Origin: Nitratidesulfovibrio vulgaris str. Hildenborough
GTDB lineage: Bacteria; Desulfobacterota; Desulfovibrionia; Desulfovibrionales; Desulfovibrionaceae
Direction: 5' to 3'
Assembly: GCF_000195755.1 (NCBI RefSeq)
Contig: NC_002937.3
Location: 1,170,001-1,202,000 of the forward strand
Length of the DNA: 32,000 nucleotides
In this document: positions 25,571 to 32,000 of the stretch, one piece after another
How positions within the stretch are numbered: position 1 is the stretch's first letter
How the letters are laid out: every line of letters begins with the position of its first letter
The notes under the pieces: generated by a model
Seen by the model: only the letters and a program-made list of their open reading frames with translations
What the model was told of the DNA's origin: nothing
The model's database searches: none
Program-made: the position numbers and the translations under genes

Positions 25571-25858
25571 GTGCTGTTTTCTCCATGTAAGGATGTGCGT
25601 GAGCGAGATGGGCATACCAGAACGGGGCAGACGGGGCAACGCTCCCGTTGTGGCAGTGGGCGCGCGGGTATGCGGACGGGCAGGGGCGCGGGGGGCATCC
25701 GTGCGGCTTTGCTTTCGCCCCGTCCGCCGCAGGTATGGTGCAGCGACCCCGGTCTCGGGCTGTGGTGCACGTCCCTGCGGGCATGTCCTGACGAGGCCCA
25801 TGGTCGCCCGGTCATGAAACGGGTTGCCTTGTGCCCGCGCACCGCTTATGTCACGCCC

Positions 25859-26965
25859 ATGGAAACGCAACACTACCATGCCGTAGCGCTGCTCTCGGGT
25901 GGGCTCGACAGCATCCTCGCCGTCAAGCTCGTCGAAGAGCAGGGACTGCGCGTCAAATGCCTGCACTTCGTCTCTCCCTTCTTCGGCAAGCCTTCTCAGG
26001 TGCGCCGCTGGCGTTCGATATATGCCCTGGACATCACCACGGTCGACGTGAGCGACGATTTCGCCCGTATGCTCGCCGAACGCCCGCAGCACGGGTTCGG
26101 CAAGGTCATGAACCCGTGCGTCGACTGCAAGATTCTCATGCTGCGCCGTGCGCGTGAACTGATGACCCAATACGGTGCCACGTTCATCATCACGGGCGAG
26201 GTGCTCGGACAGCGCCCCATGTCGCAGCGGCGTGACACGCTCAACGTCATCAGGCGCGATGCCGAGGTGCGCGACCTGTTGCTGCGCCCCCTCAGCGCAA
26301 AGCTGCTCGACCCCACCCCCTTCGAGCTTTCCGGGATGGTCGACCGCGAACGTCTGCTTGCCATCTCCGGGCGGGGACGCAAGGAACAGATGGCACTCGC
26401 CGAGCGTTTCGCACTTGAGGAGATTCCGACCCCCGCGGGTGGCTGCAAGCTCGCCGAACGCGAGAACGCGCGTCGCTACTGGCCCGTGCTCGTGCATGCG
26501 CCCACCGTCACCGCCGCCGAGTTCCGGCTTTCGAACATCGGGCGGCAATACTGGCAGGGGGCCCACTGGCTCTCCATCGGCCGCCACCAGAAGGACAACG
26601 AGGCGCTGGAGCGCTTCGCCTTTCCGGGTGACCTGCGTTTCAAGGTCGTGGGCTACCCGGGCCCCTTGGCCGTGGGACGTCAGTTCAACGGACAACCGTG
26701 GTCGGAAGAGGTCGTGTGCGACGCCGCGTCGTTCGTGGCGTCGTTCTCACCCAAGGCCGTGCGGGACGGCATCGCTGTCGCTGTTCGCGTGACGTGCGGC
26801 GAGACGGTGCGCGAGGTGCAGGTGATGCCCGCCCGAGCAACGGTTCTCGGCTGGGCCGAGGATGAGTGGCCTGTGGTGCGGGAGGCCATCAGGGCCGATG
26901 CGCGAGCGCGCGCCCTGCCCGTACATGCGACCCCGGACGATGGTCGCGACGGCGAGGCGGAATAG
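25859..26965 (+). CDS. PP-loop ATP pyrophosphatase, ThiI-like (putative tRNA sulfurtransferase) without a THUMP domain
   Basis: SGGLDS PP-loop, NPCVDCK and [13 protein letters not shown] motifs, plus an extra ~150-aa C-terminal domain. The start is either ATG 25859 or the in-frame ATG 25814. The upstream part of the track ORF is a shadow of recA. Confidence 0.75.
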   Translation: METQHYHAVALLSGGLDSILAVKLVEEQGLRVKCLHFVSPFFGKPSQVRRWRSIYALDITTVDVSDDFARMLAERPQHGFGKVMNPCVDCKILMLRRARELMTQYGATFIITGEVLGQRPMSQRRDTLNVIRRDAEVRDLLLRPLSAKLLDPTPFELSGMVDRERLLAISGRGRKEQMALAERFALEEIPTPAGGCKLAERENARRYWPVLVHAPTVTAAEFRLSNIGRQYWQGAHWLSIGRHQKDNEALERFAFPGDLRFKVVGYPGPLAVGRQFNGQPWSEEVVCDAASFVASFSPKAVRDGIAVAVRVTCGETVREVQVMPARATVLGWAEDEWPVVREAIRADARARALPVHATPDDGRDGEAE

Positions 26966-26986
26966 CCTTCAGTCATGAGAAATGTG

Positions 26987-27023
26987 GCGGCGTGTCCCGG
27001 CAGGGGATGCGCCGCTTTCTTTT
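26987..27023 (+). terminator. rho-independent terminator after the PP-loop gene
   Basis: 12-bp stem (26987-26998 with 27004-27015, two G-U pairs), 5-nt loop, then TTTCTTTTG. Confidence 0.75.
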
Positions 27024-27083
27024 GTCCAGCTTGGGTATACGGTGTGCAACCGTCAGGCAAACGAATGTAAGTGGTGGGTTACT

Positions 27084-27125
27084 TTTAAAAAAAGGCTTGA
27101 AAACGCGGGACTTCACGTTTAACCA
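27084..27125 (+). promoter_or_regulatory. candidate promoter with an A-tract UP-like element for the NSS transporter gene
   Basis: TTTTAAAAAAA is followed by TTGAAA (27097-27102). Only a weak -10 is present (TTTAAC or TAACCA, 15-17 nt downstream). Confidence 0.3.
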
Positions 27126-27182
27126 GAGTCTGCCCGGACACTCGCCTGCGCCGGGACTCCCCCTTTAACGAAGGATAAACGA

Positions 27183-28544
27183 ATGGCACAACAGACTTCT
27201 GGACGCGATGGTTTCGCGACTCGCCTCGGCGTACTCGCGGCCACGCTCGGTTCCGCAGTCGGCCTCGGCAACATCTGGAAGTTCCCGGCACTCACCGGGC
27301 AGAACGGTGGGGCCACCTTTCTTCTTGTGTACATCATAGCCACGCTGCTGGTGGGTCTGCCTGTCATGATTTCCGAGATCATGCTGGGGCGCAAGGCCAA
27401 GGCCAACGCCGTGCGCACCTATCGTGAACTCGGCCCCAAGGGGCAGCCGTGGTCGCTCATCGGTATCTCCGGTGTCATCGCGGCCGTGCTCATCATGGGT
27501 TTCTACACTGATGTGGCCGGGTGGGTCTTCGCCTATATCTTCAAGGCCATGAGCGGCAGCATCGCCACCACCGACCCCGCGGTCGCCAAGGAGGCCTTCG
27601 TGGCCCTCGTCGGCAGCCCCACGCAGTCGCTGATGTGGCAGTGGATAGTGCTGGCCCTTGTGAGTGCCATCATCCTCGGCGGCGTCTCTTCGGGTATCGA
27701 GCGCACCACCAAGATTCTCATGCCTGTGCTGCTGCTCCTGCTGTGCGTCGTCTGTGCGCGCAGCCTGACGCTGCCCAAGGCTGCGGAAGGTCTGGCCTTC
27801 CTCTTCACGCCCGATTTCTCCAAGATCACGGGTGGGGTCATTCTCATGGCGCTGGGCCTCGCCTTCTTCAAGCTGTCCATCGGCATGGGTACCATGACCA
27901 CCTACGGCAGCTACTTCCGTGACGACCAGAACATCCCCGTCACCGCCGCCCGCGTCATGCTGTGCGACCTGTCCATCTCCATCCTCGCGGGTGTCGCCAT
28001 CTTCCCGGCGGTGTTCAACTTCGGTTTCGAGCCCTCGGCCGGGCCCAGCCTGCTGTTCATGACCATTCCTGCGGTCTTTGCGTCCATGCCGGGTGGTCAG
28101 CTGTTCACCGTCATCTTCTTCTGCCTCACTGCCATCGCCGCCACCGGCGCCATGCTCTCGCTCTTCGAAGTGCCCGTGGCGTGGCTCGTGGAAGAGTTCA
28201 AGATGTCGCGTGCCAAGGCCACCATCGGCACTGCACTGGTGCTTGGCGTCATGGGTGCCCCTGCCACGCTGTCCATGAGCGTGCTGGGCGACTTCAAGAT
28301 GTTCGGACTGAATATGTTCGACCTGTACGACTTCGTGTCGTCCAACATCCTGCTGCCCGTGGGCGGTATCTTCATCTGCATCTTCGCCGGTTGGGTGTGG
28401 GGTTCGAAGCGTACCCGCGAACTTCTGAGCAACGGCGGTCATCTCGACAATGCCGCTGTGGTCTCCGGCTTCCTGTTCGTGGTGAAGTGGGTAAGCCCCG
28501 TGCTTGTCACCATCGTGCTGCTCAACGGCCTGAAGCTCTTCTAG
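27183..28544 (+). CDS. sodium-dependent transporter, neurotransmitter:sodium symporter (NSS/SNF) family
   Basis: The N-terminal signature RLGVLAATLGSAVGLGNIWKFP is typical of the NSS family. Polytopic, 453 aa. Confidence 0.9.
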   Translation: MAQQTSGRDGFATRLGVLAATLGSAVGLGNIWKFPALTGQNGGATFLLVYIIATLLVGLPVMISEIMLGRKAKANAVRTYRELGPKGQPWSLIGISGVIAAVLIMGFYTDVAGWVFAYIFKAMSGSIATTDPAVAKEAFVALVGSPTQSLMWQWIVLALVSAIILGGVSSGIERTTKILMPVLLLLLCVVCARSLTLPKAAEGLAFLFTPDFSKITGGVILMALGLAFFKLSIGMGTMTTYGSYFRDDQNIPVTAARVMLCDLSISILAGVAIFPAVFNFGFEPSAGPSLLFMTIPAVFASMPGGQLFTVIFFCLTAIAATGAMLSLFEVPVAWLVEEFKMSRAKATIGTALVLGVMGAPATLSMSVLGDFKMFGLNMFDLYDFVSSNILLPVGGIFICIFAGWVWGSKRTRELLSNGGHLDNAAVVSGFLFVVKWVSPVLVTIVLLNGLKLF

Positions 28545-28606
28545 GCCATTCCGTCCGCATTCCGGCGTCATTGGGGCGCTGGGCGCAGGCGGACACTCCA
28601 GATACG

Positions 28607-28634
28607 AAGGCCCCCGGTGAGAACCGGGGGCCTT
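28607..28634. terminator. bidirectional GC hairpin between convergent genes
   Basis: Perfect 12-bp stem aaggcccccggt / accgggggcctt with a gaga loop, between the NSS (+) and HAD (-) gene ends. Confidence 0.6.
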
Positions 28635-28733
28635 GTCATATGCATGGTCTGTCATTGAATGGCCTGTATCCCGTCCCCGGGCGATGGCAGACCCTCTTCG
28701 CCGGCGAAAGGAGAGGGGGCGACGTGAAGGTGG

Positions 28734-29264
28734 CTAGAAACCGAGGTCTGCGAGGACGTCAGGCAGTGACCTGAAGTCGTGTATGGTGCGAACGCCTTCG
28801 CGTTCACGCACTTCGTCGCTATGCGGGTTGAACCATACGCCGCACAGCCCCGCCTGTCGGGCGCCCCATACGTCGCCCATCCAGTCGTCACCGACCATGA
28901 CCACCCTCGCGGGCGCCACCTTCAGGTTGCGCAGGACATGACTCCAGAAGGGGCCCCATGGCTTGGGACTGCCCACACTGCGCCACGTGAAGATGTGCTC
29001 GAAGAGATTTCCGATGCCGATGGTGTCGAGGGATGCGCGAATGGGGTCTTCGTCGGATTCGCAGGCGTTGGAGGCGAGGCCCATGCGCCAGCCTGTGGCG
29101 AGACAGTGCAATGTCTCGGGTGCGTGGGGGATGGCCTCTTCACGGGTCCATCCGGCAGATGTCCCCTGCCACCGGGGCATGGAACGCATGAGCGTACCGC
29201 CCCAGTCGAAGAGCAGTACCTTGTCATGCGTAGATGATGACGGATGCGATGGAACGTCGGGCAT
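28734..29264 (-). CDS. HAD-superfamily hydrolase
   Basis: Motif I is LLFDWGGTL, motif II is LASN, and motif IV is VMVGDDWMGDVWGA. GAGGAGA precedes ATG 29264. Confidence 0.85.
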   Translation of the reverse strand: MPDVPSHPSSSTHDKVLLFDWGGTLMRSMPRWQGTSAGWTREEAIPHAPETLHCLATGWRMGLASNACESDEDPIRASLDTIGIGNLFEHIFTWRSVGSPKPWGPFWSHVLRNLKVAPARVVMVGDDWMGDVWGARQAGLCGVWFNPHSDEVREREGVRTIHDFRSLPDVLADLGF

Positions 29265-29320
29265 GGTTTCTCCTCTCTCCCCTTTCTGTATCACTGCTAC
29301 GTCTTTCGCGTACGGTCAAG

Positions 29321-29350
29321 TGAAAGGGCCGTCCCTTGCGGAACGGCCCT
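29321..29350 (-). terminator. rho-independent terminator of argH
   Basis: Stem agggccgt(cc) / (gg)acggccct. On the minus strand it is followed by TTTCACTT. It lies 47 nt after the argH stop. Confidence 0.6.
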
Positions 29351-29396
29351 CGGCAACTCTTCATTGCCCGTGGCGGACGTGTGCAGCCTTGGGCAG

Positions 29397-30779
29397 CTAG
29401 CGGCCGAGCCAGCTGTCGAGTTCGGCGATCTGGGCTGCCACCGAACGCGGCCCGGTACCGCCGGGGGTCTCGCGACGCGAGACGGCGGCTTCAGGTTCGA
29501 GGATGGGGTACACGTCCTCGTCGATGCGGTCGCAGATGCCCCGGTAGTCTTCCAGCGGAAGCTCTTCGAGGGTCACACCCTTCTCTTCGGCAAGCGCCAC
29601 GGCAGCCCCGGTAAGGTGGTGTGCCTCACGGAAGGGGATGCCCTTGCCCACGAGGTAGTCGGCAAGTTCGGTGGCGTTCAGGAAGCCGGAACGCAGGGCC
29701 GTGCGCATCCGTGCGGTGTTGAAGCGCACTTCCCGCAGCATTCCGGCCATGATTTCAAGCGACGCGCTGACGGTACGGTCGGCGTCGATGAACGGTTCCT
29801 TGTCTTCCTGAAGGTCGCGGTTGTAGGTCATGGGAAGTCCCTTGACCGTGGTGAGCATGGTGGTGAGTGCACCGTAGACCCGCCCCGTCTTGCCGCGCAT
29901 GAGTTCGGCCACGTCGGGGTTCTTCTTCTGGGGCATGATGGACGAGCCCGTGGCGTACGCGTCAGGCAGGAAGATGTAGCCGAATGCCGGATTGGCCCAC
30001 AGGATGAACTCTTCGCACAGGCGCGAGAGGTGCGCCATGATCACCGACCCGTCGAACAGGGCCTCCAGAACGAAGTCGCGGTCAGAGACGGCATCCATGC
30101 TGTTGCGGAAGGTGCCGTACATGCCCAGTTCGTCGGCGACGGATGCGGGGTCGAGCGGATAGGTCGTTCCGGCGAGCGCCGCCGCCCCCAGAGGGCAGAC
30201 GCGGGCGCGCTTGTCGCAGTCTTCAAGCCGGTCGATGTCGCGGCGCAGCATCCACGCGTAGGCCAGCAGGTGCTGTGCAAGGCTCACGGGCTGTGCGGGC
30301 TGCATGTGGGTGCAGCCGGGCAGCAGGGTGGCGGTGTGCTGGCGTGCCTGGTCGACGATGACGCCCACGAGGTCTCGCCCGAGTTCGCGCCATACGCGCA
30401 CCCTGTCGGAGACGAAGAGCCTGAAGTCGAGCGCGACCTGGTCGTTGCGGCTGCGTCCCGTGTGCAGTTTCTTGCCCACGTCGCCGACGAGTTCGGTCAG
30501 GCGGTTCTCGATGTTCATATGGACGTCTTCGAACTCGCGACGCCAGACGAAGCTGCCCGCTTCGATTTCAGAGCGCACGGTGGCGAGGCCATCCACGATG
30601 ATGGCCGCCTCTTCGGCGGTGAGCACCCCCTGACGGGCGAGCATCCGCGCATGTGCCATGGAGCCCGCGATGTCCTGCGCGTAGAGGGCCCGGTCATACG
30701 AGACCGACTCCGTGTACTCCTCGACGAGGGTGGCGGTACCCTGCTTGAAGCGTCCGCCCCACATCTTCTTTTCGGCCAT
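29397..30779 (-). CDS. argH: argininosuccinate lyase
   Basis: MWGGRF N-terminus and the fumarate-lyase signature [12 protein letters not shown]. Confidence 0.97.
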
Positions 30780-30782
30780 GGG

Positions 30783-31973
<1,191 letters not shown>

Positions 31974-32000
31974 AGCGTTTGACCTCTTGAAATGAGACGG

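Noticed and set aside
25640-25653. Small inverted repeat caacg-N4-cgttg upstream of recA, considered as a possible SOS box
   Set aside because: The arms are only 5 bp, it does not resemble any LexA consensus I know, and such repeats are expected by chance in 290 bp.
25571-26695. Upstream run-on of the recA ORF (the 732-aa track entry), and the mirror run-on at 25001-25858 of the PP-loop ORF
   Set aside because: RecA homology begins at ATG 25570, which has a Shine-Dalgarno sequence. The extensions are antisense to real genes or cross the divergent promoter region, and translate to Arg/Pro/Gly-rich junk.
27165-28655. 496-aa ORF on the - strand
   Set aside because: It is antisense to the NSS transporter gene and its composition is dominated by G/H/E/D/R/A. 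Shadow ORF.

Overview
GC-rich, densely packed chromosomal window with strong GC3 codon bias. It resembles a Desulfovibrio-type sulfate reducer, and from memory the gene order matches D. vulgaris, but this is unverified. Almost all of it is core housekeeping. On the + strand: gpt plus a BMP/PnrA-type nucleoside ABC transporter (purine salvage); the rpmH-rnpA-yidD-yidC-jag-mnmE cluster; a two-gene Fe-S redox module; a 3'-5' exonuclease; a phoB-like regulator with pstB and phoU; a small accessory pair (XXXCH-motif protein plus CofD/YvcK-like protein); a ThiI-like PP-loop ATPase; and an NSS-family sodium symporter. On the - strand: a two-gene putative metal-handling operon, alaS, recA, a HAD hydrolase, argH and argG. 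I found no tRNA, rRNA, CRISPR array, transposase, integrase or phage gene. The long ORFs antisense to these genes are GC-driven shadow ORFs. Most worth a second look: (1) the uncharacterised XXXCH/CofD-like pair, whose CofD-like gene appears frameshifted; (2) a minimal siroheme-reductase-like Fe-S protein translationally coupled to a NapH-like membrane polyferredoxin, preceded by a perfect TGTGA-N6-TCACA CRP/FNR-type palindrome; (3) rnpA, whose conserved N-terminus lies upstream of any canonical start codon and contains a terminator-like hairpin plus T8; (4) a periplasmic protein whose mature N-terminus is a His, paired with a cytoplasmic protein carrying a Cys-rich tail.
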